Part shown: positions 32,017-42,798 of the stretch, piece by piece | How the letters are laid out: every line of letters begins with the position of its first letter | Numbering within the stretch: the first letter of the stretch is position 1 | NCBI GenBank assembly: GCA_965277405.1 | Contig: OZ255726.1 | Location: forward strand, 1,664,001 to 1,728,000 | From: Gammaproteobacteria bacterium | GTDB taxonomy: Bacteria > Pseudomonadota > Gammaproteobacteria > G965277405 | Length of the DNA: 64,000 nucleotides | Direction of reading: 5' to 3' | Program-made: the position numbers and the translations under genes | The notes under the pieces: generated by a model | The model's database searches: none | The model's input: only the letters and a program-made list of their open reading frames with translations | Told to the model about the DNA's origin: nothing

Positions 32017-32703
32017 ATGTTCACATTACAAATTTCAATTTTACGCTGGGGGGTTGCACACACTGCCGTTGTTATAACAATGCTGTTAGGCGCAACCGTA
32101 TCGCGGGCAGCAAATATTGAAGGTGCGGTAGAGAATGTCGGTGGCGGTATTGCGGTTGTTGCCTCACATAGCGCAGCTGGGTTGAGCAATACAGGTTTCC
32201 CAACACATCTTTTCATCCAGGGTGCTAATAATTTAATACGGGTGGAATATTTAAAGTATGGTACATATTCCAGTACGGCTAGTGCCAGCACAGATTATCA
32301 AAACGAAGCAGTACTGGGGTATGCAAACTTTGAATATTTATTGCGTGCGCGTAGAGGCTCAATTTTGGGGAGAACAAAACTGTATGGATCGGTTGGTCTT
32401 GGGCTATTTCGTTCTACAGTAACAAACTTTAGTTCTACAGCAGTAAACCCTGGGCTAATTAACTTCTCAAATGTCCAGCACAATAAATCAGATTATAATA
32501 TTGGTTTTACTGTTGCAGGCGGTATGCGTTATTTTCTTGACCCGAAATTTTTTATTGGTGGTGAAATAAAATATTTGAATGCATACATTCAATATGATAA
32601 AGGAACTGTGTCAAAACGTGATATTGGCGGAATATTCTTCAATGTATTACTCGGCTACCGGTTATCAAGCAGTGCTGATGTCAGTCAAAAAGTTGATACG
32701 TAA
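32017..32703 (+). CDS. Outer-membrane beta-barrel protein (OmpA/OmpW-like)
   Basis: Signal-like segment ending SRAA; alternating beta strands (LYGSVGLGL, GGMRYF, IGGEIKY, LLGYRL). Start uncertain. Confidence 0.6.
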   Translation: MFTLQISILRWGVAHTAVVITMLLGATVSRAANIEGAVENVGGGIAVVASHSAAGLSNTGFPTHLFIQGANNLIRVEYLKYGTYSSTASASTDYQNEAVLGYANFEYLLRARRGSILGRTKLYGSVGLGLFRSTVTNFSSTAVNPGLINFSNVQHNKSDYNIGFTVAGGMRYFLDPKFFIGGEIKYLNAYIQYDKGTVSKRDIGGIFFNVLLGYRLSSSADVSQKVDT

Positions 32704-32763
32704 CATTAAGCAGTACATCCATACAATGCTGGTATCATCCATCCATCGTACAGTTCTTGTAGC

Positions 32764-34218
32764 ATGCAGCGACGCATCCGTCGAGTAGCGAGTCATAAGT
32801 TTATTGGTGATCTAGATACCGCGCTGACATCGTATATTAAAATAGCGAATACCAAGAACAGCTTTATATTTGAATCGTTGCAAGGTGGCGAGTTATGGGG
32901 ACGGTATTCATTTATAGGTCTGCCCAGCAGTGAATTTATTACGGTTACCTGCGGCGTACTCAACCATCAAGCTGGAACACAAACTGTGTATGCAGGCAAG
33001 CACAATGATCCCTTTGCATACATCGAAAAATTCATAGATAGTTGGGTTATAGAAACTGATGAAGCGCTGCCAAAGTTTGCTGGCGGGCTTGTTGGCTATA
33101 TTGGCTACGACTGCATCGGTTATATAGAAAAAAAATTACTCAGCCAACTGCAAAAACCTGACACGGTTGGCGTGCCTGATATTTTTTTGCTGGTGTGTGA
33201 AGAGTTATTGGTTATTGATAACATCAGCCATACACATCAGTTCATAAAATTATATAACCCTGAGTTGATAGATCATAGTCAAGCGGCAGCAACCTTGCAT
33301 GGATATGAAGCGCAAATGGTCAAAAGCTCGGTTTGCTACACTGATTTTGCTACCTTGCAATATAGTAATGCCAGCATTTCACCAGAAGATGTACACGCGA
33401 CCAGCGATTTTAGTGAACATGACTATAAAGCGGCGGTCGAAATAATAAAAAAACACATTCAAGCTGGTGATGTAATGCAAGGGCTACCATCACAGCGGAT
33501 GGCAATTCCATGGCGTACCAATCCCATTCAGTTATACCGTGCATTGCGATTTATCAACCCATCACCGTATATGTATTACATCAACTTTGGTGATTTTAGC
33601 GTTGTTGGTGCAACACCTGAAGTATTGGTGCGTTGTCAAGATAATCAGGTGGTGATTCGCCCCATTGCAGGCACAAGACCGCGTGGTGCAACTCCAGCCG
33701 CAGATATAGCTATGGAACAAGAGTTATTGGCAGACCCCAAGGAGCTTGCTGAACATACTATGCTGATTGATTTAGCTCGTAACGATGTTGGCAAGGTCGC
33801 AAAGATAGGTAGCGTGCTGGTGACTGACACCATGTTCATCGAGCGCTATTCGCATGTGATGCATATTGTCTCAAGTGTTAGCGGTAGATTACGGGCAGAT
33901 ACTTCGACGATAGCTGTGTTGCAAGCGGCATTTCCAGCAGGAACGCTGAGCGGTACTCCTAAAGTCCGTGCGATGGAAATCATCAATGAAATTGAACCAT
34001 ATAAACGCGGTATCTATGGTGGTTGTGTTGGCTTTTTAGGGTGGAATCAGAGCCTGGAGATGGCAATTGCAATTCGTACTGCGATTATTAAAGACGGTAT
34101 GTTATATATTCAAGCAGGCGGTGGGATTGTTGCAGATTCTGACGCTGAAAATGAATGGCAAGAAACCTTAAACAAACGCAAAGCGATGTTTCAAGCTGTG
34201 AAAATGTGTAATTTTTAA
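32764..34218 (+). CDS. trpE: Anthranilate synthase component I
   Basis: GRYSFIG, NPSPYMYY, RPIAGTRPRG, KELAEH.MLIDLARND, FPAGTLSG.PKVRAM, QAGGGIVADS. Confidence 0.95.
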   Translation: MQRRIRRVASHKFIGDLDTALTSYIKIANTKNSFIFESLQGGELWGRYSFIGLPSSEFITVTCGVLNHQAGTQTVYAGKHNDPFAYIEKFIDSWVIETDEALPKFAGGLVGYIGYDCIGYIEKKLLSQLQKPDTVGVPDIFLLVCEELLVIDNISHTHQFIKLYNPELIDHSQAAATLHGYEAQMVKSSVCYTDFATLQYSNASISPEDVHATSDFSEHDYKAAVEIIKKHIQAGDVMQGLPSQRMAIPWRTNPIQLYRALRFINPSPYMYYINFGDFSVVGATPEVLVRCQDNQVVIRPIAGTRPRGATPAADIAMEQELLADPKELAEHTMLIDLARNDVGKVAKIGSVLVTDTMFIERYSHVMHIVSSVSGRLRADTSTIAVLQAAFPAGTLSGTPKVRAMEIINEIEPYKRGIYGGCVGFLGWNQSLEMAIAIRTAIIKDGMLYIQAGGGIVADSDAENEWQETLNKRKAMFQAVKMCNF

Positions 34219-34240
34219 GAATGCAGACAGTTATGCCTAA

Positions 34241-34533
34241 GGAAGCTCTGATTAACTCGCTGATGGAGCGAGTTTGCCTGCAATTGTTGATGATTGCAAG
34301 GCGCAAACCTCTAAGCGCATGCCGTAGCATATACGCCAAAGGATGCAACACAGCAAGTACTGCTGCAGCAAACCCAAAGTATATTCAGCACAACGACTGG
34401 AAAAAAGCGGTACTAACGTCGTTGCAGCACTTGGCAGCACCCACAAGACCACCAATATTATCTGCGCACTGCGTCTAGTTATCATCAGCGTTTTTTCTCC
34501 GTCTCGCCCGTCATGGACTTAATCAGAGATTCC
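34241..34533 (-). mobile_element. IS5-like MITE, full copy, reverse orientation
   Basis: GGAAGCTCTGATTAACTCGC...TTAATCAGAGATTCC; perfect CTAA duplication (34237-34240 and 34534-34537). Confidence 0.93.
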
Positions 34534-34575
34534 CTAACGCTAGCACGTGTTGCTATTGCGCGTATTACTATCTGG

Positions 34576-35148
34576 TTATAAATGACTTGCGACAAAATCC
34601 CAATCTATTAAATTCCAAAACGCCTGGATGTACAAAGGACGAGCATTGCGGTAATCAATGTAGTAGGCGTGCTCCCAAACATCACAAGCAATAAGTACCG
34701 TATGGTTGTGTTTGATTGGCGTATCAGCATTACTGGTGCTGGTTATTTTTAACTTGCCGTCTTCTTCAATCAACCATACCCACCCTGAACCAAAAACGGT
34801 AATGGCTGTATTGTTGAATTGTTCCTTAAATTGTTCAAACGAGCCAAATTCAGTTGCTATGCGCTTAGCAAAAATCCCTGTTGGCGCGCCGCCGCCAGCT
34901 GGGCTGAGACAATGCCAATAAAATGCATGGTTCCACATTTGTGCAGCGTTGTTAAATAAGCCGCCATCGGCCTTGTGGATGATGGCTTCAAGGGTGAGAT
35001 GCTCGTCATCAGACCCAGCAACGAGTTTGTTGAGATTGTTGACGTATGTTTGGTGATGTTTGCCATAATGATAATCTAGAGTTTCGGTAGAAATATGCGG
35101 TTGTAATGCATCTCGGCTGTAAGGAAGTGGGGGGAGTGTAAAAGCCAT
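34576..35148 (-). CDS. sodB: Fe superoxide dismutase
   Basis: HYGKHHQTY, FNNAAQMWNH (Fe-type), FGSGW, DVWEHAYY. Confidence 0.95.
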   Translation of the reverse strand: MAFTLPPLPYSRDALQPHISTETLDYHYGKHHQTYVNNLNKLVAGSDDEHLTLEAIIHKADGGLFNNAAQMWNHAFYWHCLSPAGGGAPTGIFAKRIATEFGSFEQFKEQFNNTAITVFGSGWVWLIEEDGKLKITSTSNADTPIKHNHTVLIACDVWEHAYYIDYRNARPLYIQAFWNLIDWDFVASHL

Positions 35149-35252
35149 GATTAATCCTAAGTTACAGTGGTAAATGTGCCAACATTAACCCAATGTGGCA
35201 GGTGTACAGTATACAATCGTTGTGAATTTGCTCATCCTCTTGTTACTGTATT

Positions 35253-36041
35253 ATGACTAGACCAACAATCAACCCAGCTGGAGACAATACCTCGTTACGT
35301 CCAGCACCTCGGCAAACGAAAACAACATCAACTGGGGGCAATATTTTTCTATTTTTATTGATTATTGCGCTAGGTATTGTTGCTGTTTGGCAATATCTAC
35401 AGCTTGATGCTTATCGGTTGAGTAATGAGCGACGCAATCTCGTGTATGAAGTCAATCTTAACAGAATATTAGATGGATTAAAAATTACTGGTAAAAGTTT
35501 TGATGAAATAGGACAAGAACGCCGTACGCGCAGTGATTTTATTGATGATGAAATCCGTAAATTGTGGGCAGTCGCCAATAAACGCAATAAAGGCAACATA
35601 GCCTTGCTACAAAAATCCATAACTCGGCTTGATGCTGAAAATGCGCAGCAAAGTGATGATTTTTTTAAAAAAATAAACGCCGTGTTGGCACAAACCAAGG
35701 CTAATACAAAGTCAATAACCGGCCTGGGTGAAATCACGGCAAATAACACCACCACATTAACCGATAACTTGTTGACGATTCGCAGCGAGGCAGAAGCTGA
35801 TAGAAATGAGTTACGCCTGTTAGTTGTTGAAAATTCCAAGTTAATCTCAAAAGTGCAGTCATTAGATAGGGTCAATGAGCATATCGCAAAAATGCAAAAA
35901 TCGGTTGATTCAGTCAACGCGCAGCGCCGGTCAAGTAATAGCAGAATTATCGAATTGCGCCAAGAAGTAACGTTGCTAAAGGCGCGGCTGAATGCTATAG
36001 AAAATTCACAACCATTTCCCAGTGTGAATGTAGCGCAATAA
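35253..36041 (+). CDS. Membrane-anchored coiled-coil hypothetical protein
   Basis: Single N-terminal TM, long heptad region, IDDEIRKLW.VANKRNK motif. Confidence 0.65.
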   Translation: MTRPTINPAGDNTSLRPAPRQTKTTSTGGNIFLFLLIIALGIVAVWQYLQLDAYRLSNERRNLVYEVNLNRILDGLKITGKSFDEIGQERRTRSDFIDDEIRKLWAVANKRNKGNIALLQKSITRLDAENAQQSDDFFKKINAVLAQTKANTKSITGLGEITANNTTTLTDNLLTIRSEAEADRNELRLLVVENSKLISKVQSLDRVNEHIAKMQKSVDSVNAQRRSSNSRIIELRQEVTLLKARLNAIENSQPFPSVNVAQ

Positions 36042-36061
36042 ATAATACGGCAAAGAAAAAA

Positions 36062-36862
36062 TTATTCGTTGCCAAATACAGAAGCAACGTTATGAATAAT
36101 CATCGGGTCTGGTTTTTGCAACAGTTCTTCATTTTTATTGGAATACGGCAAGCGTGTCAGTAAGTCACGCATACAGTTTATTCTGGCGCGTTTTTTATCA
36201 TCAGATTTGACAACAATCCAAGGTGCTTTTTCAGTGTCTGTTTGATGAAATAACGCCTCTTTGGCTTGGGTATATTTATCCCATAGTCTGATTGAGCTTT
36301 TATCAATATCACTCAATTTCCATTGTTTCAATGGATCATCAGCGCGTTTTTGAAACCGTTCCGCTTGTTCTTGTTTGGTTACTGAGAACCAATATTTGTA
36401 AATACGAATACCTGAATCAACCCACATTTCTTCAATTATCGCAACTGTCGACATAAATTGTTGGTGTTCTTCGTCGGTACAAAAGCCCATAACTCGCTCT
36501 ACCCCAGCGCGGTTATACCATGAACGGTCAAATAATACTATTTCCCCGCTAGTTGGGAAGTGTTGTACATAGCGTTGAAAATACCATTGATTGCGTTCTG
36601 AGGTTGTCGGTACATTTAAGGCAATAACTCGGGCAAAACGCGGGTTGAGGTGTTCTGTAAAGCGTTTAATCGTCCCCCCTTTTCCAGCAGCATCGCGACC
36701 TTCAAACACCAGAATCAGCTTTTGGCCACTTGAGCGCACCCATTTTTGCATTTTCAATAGCTCAACTTGCAGCTTGGCTTTTTCGCTTTCGTATTCCTTC
36801 TTACCCATTTTTTTGTGATAAGGATACGTAGAGTTAGTGAAGTGATTGTATTGAGTTGTCAT
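36062..36862 (-). CDS. ppk2: Polyphosphate kinase 2
   Basis: FEGRDAAGKGGTIKR, FDRSWYNRAGVERVMGFC, WKLS..D, SDDKKRAR. Confidence 0.95.
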   Translation of the reverse strand: MTTQYNHFTNSTYPYHKKMGKKEYESEKAKLQVELLKMQKWVRSSGQKLILVFEGRDAAGKGGTIKRFTEHLNPRFARVIALNVPTTSERNQWYFQRYVQHFPTSGEIVLFDRSWYNRAGVERVMGFCTDEEHQQFMSTVAIIEEMWVDSGIRIYKYWFSVTKQEQAERFQKRADDPLKQWKLSDIDKSSIRLWDKYTQAKEALFHQTDTEKAPWIVVKSDDKKRARINCMRDLLTRLPYSNKNEELLQKPDPMIIHNVASVFGNE

Positions 36863-36890
36863 AATATATCAGCGGCTTCACTTAATTCAT

Positions 36891-37145
36891 TCATATTATC
36901 TTGACGCGAATCGTATTAAATTTATTCAAGAGTTGTTGCTTGGTTTCGCTATGATTTTTATTCGTTTCGATACATGCTACAGGGCACACTTCCATGCACT
37001 GTGGTTGATCAAAATGACCAATACATTCGGTGCACAGATTCGGATCAATTTCATAAATGAGGGCACCAGGATAAATTGCTAAATTCGGGCATTCTGGCTC
37101 ACAGACATCACAGTTAATACACTCGTTTGTGATTGCTAGCGCCAT
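36891..37145 (-). CDS. yfhL: YfhL family 4Fe-4S dicluster ferredoxin
   Basis: CINCDVCEPECP and CTECIGHFDQPQC..VCPV.CI. Confidence 0.92.
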   Translation of the reverse strand: MALAITNECINCDVCEPECPNLAIYPGALIYEIDPNLCTECIGHFDQPQCMEVCPVACIETNKNHSETKQQLLNKFNTIRVKII

Positions 37146-37147
37146 AA

Positions 37148-38374
37148 TTACTCTTTATGATTATTCTTACGTTGTATGAGTTTTAGGATATCAATGTGCG
37201 CTGGAACATCATTGTCACTGGTGCTGGTATTGTCTGTATCAACTGGTATTGGGGTATTGTTATGAATGGTAGCCGTTGCAGGTATAGGAGTTGATGTACC
37301 TGAGTCTTTGTTGGTTGCAGATACTGCCTTGGGTGGAATAACTTGGTGAGATATTGATTGATCGACACCAGTTGCGATCACTGTCACGCGGAGAGTTTCA
37401 CCGAGTGATTCGTCGATTGACATGCCAATAATTCGACTGCTGTCTTTGTCTTTTGATGCAAACTCTTCAACAGCACGCAAAACAGTTGTGCAATCATCTA
37501 ACTTTAAGTTACTGCTGCCTGTAAGATTTAGCAGCACACCCTTGGATTCTGAAATGTCAATGTCAGATAACAGTGGATTTTCTATAGCAATCTTCATGGC
37601 TTCATGTGCAGCATTCGATTGCGAACTTGACTCGCCACTGCCTATGATACTAACCCCTGCGTTCGCAAGACTTGATTTCACATCAGCAAAGTCAAGCTTA
37701 ATTAATCCTGGAGCGGTAATCAGACTGGATATATCACGCACAGCATTTTTTAGTACATCATTGGCACGGTCAAATGCTTCAATGAGGGTGATATCTGTTG
37801 TGTTAATTCCGAGCTTATCATTGGGGATGATAATGAGGGTATCAATATATTCGAGAAGCTGGGTTATTCCAGCAGCTGCAACTTGGTTGCGTTTACCCCC
37901 TTCAAATAAAAAAGGTTTGGTGACAACCCCAACTGTCAAGATGTTTTGTTCTTTGGCAATTTGTGCAACAACAGGAGCAGCACCTGTTCCAGTCCCGCCA
38001 CCCATTCCTGCTGTGATGAAAATCATGTCACAATCTTTGAGCAAGTTCTCGATTTTTTTCTTATCCTCAAGAGCAGCGTTGCGTCCAATGTCTGGATTTG
38101 ATCCTGCGCCAAATCCCTTTGTCAATACGCTGCCAATTTGTATTTTTTTGACACTGTTTGGTAAGCCATTAAAGGCTTGAACATCTGTGTTGAGTGCGAT
38201 CATTTCTACGACTTCAATCTCGCTCTTTGCCATATACGCAACAGCATTACCACCACCACCACCAATGCCTATAACCTTGATTGAAGTGTTACACTGGATG
38301 TTGTTCTCTTCTGATGCAGAAAAGCGCATATTGTTGGTATCTTCAGTAATATCTAGAGGTGAAATATCATTCAT
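37148..38374 (-). CDS. ftsZ: Cell division protein FtsZ
   Basis: IKVIGIGGGGGNAV, GMGGGTGTG, PFLFEG; dcw position. Confidence 0.96.
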   Translation of the reverse strand: MNDISPLDITEDTNNMRFSASEENNIQCNTSIKVIGIGGGGGNAVAYMAKSEIEVVEMIALNTDVQAFNGLPNSVKKIQIGSVLTKGFGAGSNPDIGRNAALEDKKKIENLLKDCDMIFITAGMGGGTGTGAAPVVAQIAKEQNILTVGVVTKPFLFEGGKRNQVAAAGITQLLEYIDTLIIIPNDKLGINTTDITLIEAFDRANDVLKNAVRDISSLITAPGLIKLDFADVKSSLANAGVSIIGSGESSSQSNAAHEAMKIAIENPLLSDIDISESKGVLLNLTGSSNLKLDDCTTVLRAVEEFASKDKDSSRIIGMSIDESLGETLRVTVIATGVDQSISHQVIPPKAVSATNKDSGTSTPIPATATIHNNTPIPVDTDNTSTSDNDVPAHIDILKLIQRKNNHKE

Positions 38375-38396
38375 AACTGATTGATTTCCTGTGTTT

Positions 38397-39659
38397 TTAA
38401 AACCCTGTTATCCAATTTACTAATCGCTGTGTAATAGGTTGTTTTTTCTTTTGGTAAGTTTGAGGATTTTGCTGATCTGGCGTCAGATGCGTAAGCAGTT
38501 GTTTTGAAGGTTTTTGTTTCAGAGCATACAATAATAAACCAACAGCGGTAGCATATATTGGATTCTTAAACTCATCATCCAGTCCAGTAATCCCACCTGG
38601 AATTCCTAAACGTACCGGCAAATCGAAAATATCTTTTGCAAGCGTATTAGCACCTTCGATTTTTGATGCGCCGCCAGTGATTATAATCCCAGCGCCAAGC
38701 TTGTTATCGTCGATAAATAATTGCATACTTTTTTTCGCCAAACGAAAAATTTCTTCATAGCGCGATTCAACAATTTCCACAAGTGAACCGCGGTGTAGCT
38801 GAATCGTATCGTGCTCTGGGGTTGCAGGCACATTGATTATCTCCTTATAGCTAGTCCCAGCGCTAACGGCACTTGCATGTTTCATTTTAATCTCTTCAGC
38901 ATGGCTATGGTTAAGGCGTAGCCCTATCGCAATGTCATTCGTCACTGTATGCCCAGCGACTTCAATCGAAGTGGTGTATTGAATACAATTGTTGGCAAAC
39001 AAGGCAATGTCAGCAGAGCCACCGCCAATATCAATTAAGCCAATGCCACGCATGCGATCATTTTGATTAAGCACTGCATAGCTAGATGCGAATTGCTCTA
39101 ATACTATACTGACAATTTGTAGACCAGCGCCATTAACACATTTTGTGATATTTAACCAAACATTCGTTGAGCAATGGACTATGTGGACACCAACTTCTAG
39201 CAGTGAACCACTCATATGGAGTGGATTTATAATGTCACGTTGATCGTCAACGATAAAATTTTGGGTGAGCACGTGCAGCAAGGTTTGTCCTTCTGGTCTG
39301 CTGATTGCTTTGGCAGACTCAACAGCACGGTTCATATCGTCTTGAGTGACTGCAGTGCCAGTCAAATTCACTTTCCCATTACTATCCTTACTAGATGTAT
39401 GATTGCCAGCAATACCAACATATACATGCGATACTTGGATTCCAGACATCAATTGCGCTGCCGCTACTGAACGCCTAATTGCTGCTGTTGTTTGTTCAAT
39501 ATCAGCAATGATACCGTTTTTCATACCATTTGATTGCACGCGACCAAGACCTTTAATACGCAGCCTCTCTCCACCTTGTTTTTCTGCGATAAGAGTAACA
39601 ATTTTAGAGGTGCCAATATCAAGAGCCACGATAATATTATTTGTTTGTTGGATGTTCAT
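38397..39659 (-). CDS. ftsA: Cell division protein FtsA
   Basis: LDIGTSKI, DIGGG, TGGASK, YATAVGLL, C-terminal amphipathic helix RLVNWITGF. Confidence 0.95.
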   Translation of the reverse strand: MNIQQTNNIIVALDIGTSKIVTLIAEKQGGERLRIKGLGRVQSNGMKNGIIADIEQTTAAIRRSVAAAQLMSGIQVSHVYVGIAGNHTSSKDSNGKVNLTGTAVTQDDMNRAVESAKAISRPEGQTLLHVLTQNFIVDDQRDIINPLHMSGSLLEVGVHIVHCSTNVWLNITKCVNGAGLQIVSIVLEQFASSYAVLNQNDRMRGIGLIDIGGGSADIALFANNCIQYTTSIEVAGHTVTNDIAIGLRLNHSHAEEIKMKHASAVSAGTSYKEIINVPATPEHDTIQLHRGSLVEIVESRYEEIFRLAKKSMQLFIDDNKLGAGIIITGGASKIEGANTLAKDIFDLPVRLGIPGGITGLDDEFKNPIYATAVGLLLYALKQKPSKQLLTHLTPDQQNPQTYQKKKQPITQRLVNWITGF

Positions 39660-39687
39660 ATATGTGTATCTTTAAGAAAATAGTTGT

Positions 39688-40395
39688 TCATTGCGCGAGA
39701 GCGATAACGATGCCGTGTGGATTTCTTAAATCAATTCTGACAATGTTTTTATCGTTTGTTTTTCTGAAAAAAGCAACAGCGTGTTGCATCTTAGCAAAAG
39801 AGTTTTCCCACGGTGGCAGACCAAGGTTAATTTGAATGTTTGGTTGCACCCAAACATGCCAAGATCCGTAGTTTGATATTGAGATAACTGTAGGCGTGAG
39901 AGCATATTTTCGCATCATTTCCTCAAAACCACGTTGATGTTGTAAAAAAAGCGGAATATTTTTAGGGTTGGTTTGTAAATTTATCAACGCTGAAAATGTT
40001 TCTGGATTGGTAATAGGATGGATACCACCTGCTGTATCAAGATATTGGTCATGATTAAAGCGAACCAACGGATGGGTGCGAGTAATAGCCAATGCAATAC
40101 TACCATTCCATTGAAATGAACTGCTGACGTGCTCAACCCAGGGTAAAGCCAATACAGTAGCATTGATTGTATCAAACTCGATAGACCAGCGCTTGCGAGT
40201 GCCAATGTCCCGCTCAATAGCTTGTAGACTGTGTATTTCACTAATTGAAAGAGGCAATTCCGCAGTAAATCCGCGGGCATCACGCAACATCCACAACCAA
40301 AATAAAATGAAAAACACACCAATACAACCAGACACAGCAAGCCAATGTGGATGCGTGTTAGCAAGCAAATGGTTTTTTTTCACAAGATTATCCAT
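39688..40395 (-). CDS. ftsQ: Cell division protein FtsQ (divergent)
   Basis: TM, LPWVE POTRA motif, C-terminal IDLRNPHG; lies between ddl and ftsA. Confidence 0.8.
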   Translation of the reverse strand: MDNLVKKNHLLANTHPHWLAVSGCIGVFFILFWLWMLRDARGFTAELPLSISEIHSLQAIERDIGTRKRWSIEFDTINATVLALPWVEHVSSSFQWNGSIALAITRTHPLVRFNHDQYLDTAGGIHPITNPETFSALINLQTNPKNIPLFLQHQRGFEEMMRKYALTPTVISISNYGSWHVWVQPNIQINLGLPPWENSFAKMQHAVAFFRKTNDKNIVRIDLRNPHGIVIALAQ

Positions 40396-41365
40396 GGCTA
40401 CGCTGCCAGCCAAACCACAGTAAAAGATGAATGAGTTGTGGGTATGATATACCTGCATATTGCGCAGCAGCAGGGACTAATGAATGATCAGTCATACCTG
40501 GAATAGTATTAATTTCTAATACAAACCATTTGCCATCAGCCGTGCGCATGCAATCAACACGCCCCCAAATGGAGCAACGGGTGATACTAAATGCTTTGCT
40601 GGAAAGTTGTTGGATATATCTTTCATCCGCAGCGTCAAGCTGCGATGGCAGTTCAAGTACAGTTGCTGTTGATGTGTATTTTGCTGCGTAATCATACAGC
40701 CCTGATGCAGTACGGATGTGGACTACGGGCAGTGCTGTGTCTGCCACAATGCCGATAGTGTATTCTTCTCCTATGATTTGTTCTTCAACCAATATTTCGC
40801 CATATTGCTGCAATAATGCGGGGATTGCTGTATGAAATGCCGTGCTGTTAGCAAGTGGAGCAGTGCCCAAGCTTGACCCGCTGTTATTCGGTTTTACAAA
40901 CCACGGCAACGCCCCAATGTCCTGTTGACATTGTGCTTCAAGCTGCGCAGGCGAGAGACCATCTTGCTTGCGCAATAGCACTCCTTTTGTCACAGGGATA
41001 CCAACACTTGCCAATAATGTCTTGCAGGTATACTTGTCCATGGTCAGTGCGGATGCCGCCATAGCGCTTGCACAATATGGCAGGTCAAAAGCGTCAAGTA
41101 AACCTGCCACAGTACCGTCTTCTCCAGCGCCGCCATGCAGAATATTAAAGACCATATCTGTTTGTAATTGGGCAATTTGCGCCCCAATGTTGGCACCACA
41201 ATCAAGCGGTTGCACAGTATAGCCAAGCTCAGTAATTGCTTGTATTACCAGCTTTGCAGATGCACAAGAAACACGACGTTCTGCGCTGATGCCACCAAAT
41301 AGCACGGCGATATCGCGGATGCCAGATATTTTTTTCTTGAGGATTAAGTCTTGGAGGTTTTGCAT
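40388..41365 (-). CDS. ddl: D-alanine-D-alanine ligase
   Basis: GGISAER.VS, LHGGAGEDG, GSSLG, YDYAAKY, EINTIPGMT. Confidence 0.95.
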   Translation of the reverse strand: MQNLQDLILKKKISGIRDIAVLFGGISAERRVSCASAKLVIQAITELGYTVQPLDCGANIGAQIAQLQTDMVFNILHGGAGEDGTVAGLLDAFDLPYCASAMAASALTMDKYTCKTLLASVGIPVTKGVLLRKQDGLSPAQLEAQCQQDIGALPWFVKPNNSGSSLGTAPLANSTAFHTAIPALLQQYGEILVEEQIIGEEYTIGIVADTALPVVHIRTASGLYDYAAKYTSTATVLELPSQLDAADERYIQQLSSKAFSITRCSIWGRVDCMRTADGKWFVLEINTIPGMTDHSLVPAAAQYAGISYPQLIHLLLWFGWQRSHG

Positions 41366-42798
41366 GTTGTGTTCGGGGTAAATTTTTGCGCTAATTCTTT
41401 GGCAATAGCACTAACATTGCCAGCGCCTTGAGTGAGAAGTAGGTCTCCAGGCAAAACTGTTTGTTGTAAAATATCAATCAACGTAGCGATTTCGCCGACA
41501 TATACTGGGTCGATTAAGCCACGTCTACGGATTGAACCTGCGAGCGACTTACTATCTGCGCCGACAATAGGTTTTTCATCTGCTGGATACACTTCCAAAA
41601 GTATTAAGTTATCAAGACTGTCAAATGCGCTGACAAAATCCTCATATAAATCACGCGTCCTTGTATATCGGTGCGGCTGAAAAACCATCACCACCCGCCT
41701 GGCTGGCCAGACTTGACGTGCAGCAGCTAATGTTGCTGCAATTTCTTTAGGGTGGTGCCCGTAGTCATCGACTAACGTCACGTCACCTGCTGGCATGCTC
41801 CACGTACGGATCGTTTCAAAGCGGCGGGTTACTCCAGGAAATTGTAGCAATGCTGTTTGAATTGGCACATCGTCTATCCCTTCATCGGTTGCCACCGCAA
41901 TGACTGCTAAGGCGTTTAATATATTATGCTCACCAGGAATATTGAGGGTGATTTCAAGCGGTGGCTGGTTTTCAGGGCGGACTACAGTAAACATTGAACG
42001 ATGCCCATGGCTGCTAATTTTTGTTGCCTTAAAGTCGCAGTTGCTATGGATGCCATACGTCAGGATGCGCCGTTGCACTTTGTCAAGCATTGCCATGACC
42101 CCAGGGTCATCAAGACATGCGACTAGGGTGCCATAAAAAGGCAGGTTATGGATGAATGACAAAAACGCCGCATTCATATTTTCTGGGTCGTTGTCATAAT
42201 GGGTTAAGTGATCAATATCGATGTTGGTGATGACAGTCACCATCGGTTGCAGGTGTAAAAAAGACGCGTCGCTTTCATCAGCTTCGGCGATTAAATAGCC
42301 AAATTCTCCAACTCTGGCATTGGCAACCTGATCAACAATACGCCCACCGATAATATATGTTGGGTCATATTTTGCCTCAGTAAATACATCAACCATTAAA
42401 CTGGTTGTTGTTGTTTTACCGTGGGTCCCAGCTACAGCAATACCAAATTGATTGCGCATAATCTCTGCCAGCATTGCCGCACGTTGCACGGTCGGTATTT
42501 TGTGTGCGCGGGCGTATTGAATTTCTGGGTTGTTTTCATCTATTGCGCTTGAAACAACCAGCAGGTCAGCATTGAGCACGTTATTTGCTTGATGACCAAT
42601 ATATATAGTCATGCCAAGCGAGCGCAGCCGTTGAATTGTTGAGTTTTCGTTGATATCGGAACCACTAATCATATGACCAAGATGAAGAAACACTTCGGCG
42701 ATTCCACACATGCCAACGCCACCAATTCCAACAAAGTGAATACATTTAATCCTCTCCATTGCTGGGCGAATGAATGGTCTGTCTCTAGGTTGAACCAT
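41344..42798 (-). CDS. murC: UDP-N-acetylmuramate-L-alanine ligase
   Basis: HFVGIGGVGMCGIA, GTHGKTTTT, EADESDASF, DDYGHHP; start at ATG 42798. Confidence 0.96.
   Translation of the reverse strand: MVQPRDRPFIRPAMERIKCIHFVGIGGVGMCGIAEVFLHLGHMISGSDINENSTIQRLRSLGMTIYIGHQANNVLNADLLVVSSAIDENNPEIQYARAHKIPTVQRAAMLAEIMRNQFGIAVAGTHGKTTTTSLMVDVFTEAKYDPTYIIGGRIVDQVANARVGEFGYLIAEADESDASFLHLQPMVTVITNIDIDHLTHYDNDPENMNAAFLSFIHNLPFYGTLVACLDDPGVMAMLDKVQRRILTYGIHSNCDFKATKISSHGHRSMFTVVRPENQPPLEITLNIPGEHNILNALAVIAVATDEGIDDVPIQTALLQFPGVTRRFETIRTWSMPAGDVTLVDDYGHHPKEIAATLAAARQVWPARRVVMVFQPHRYTRTRDLYEDFVSAFDSLDNLILLEVYPADEKPIVGADSKSLAGSIRRRGLIDPVYVGEIATLIDILQQTVLPGDLLLTQGAGNVSAIAKELAQKFTPNTTCKTSKT

Noticed and set aside
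37422-38180. Long antisense ORFs (252 aa opposite ftsZ; also 28097-28801 opposite rpsA and 60218-60832 opposite yhdP)
   Set aside because: Shadow frames of real genes, Ser/Pro/Ile-rich, with no motifs.
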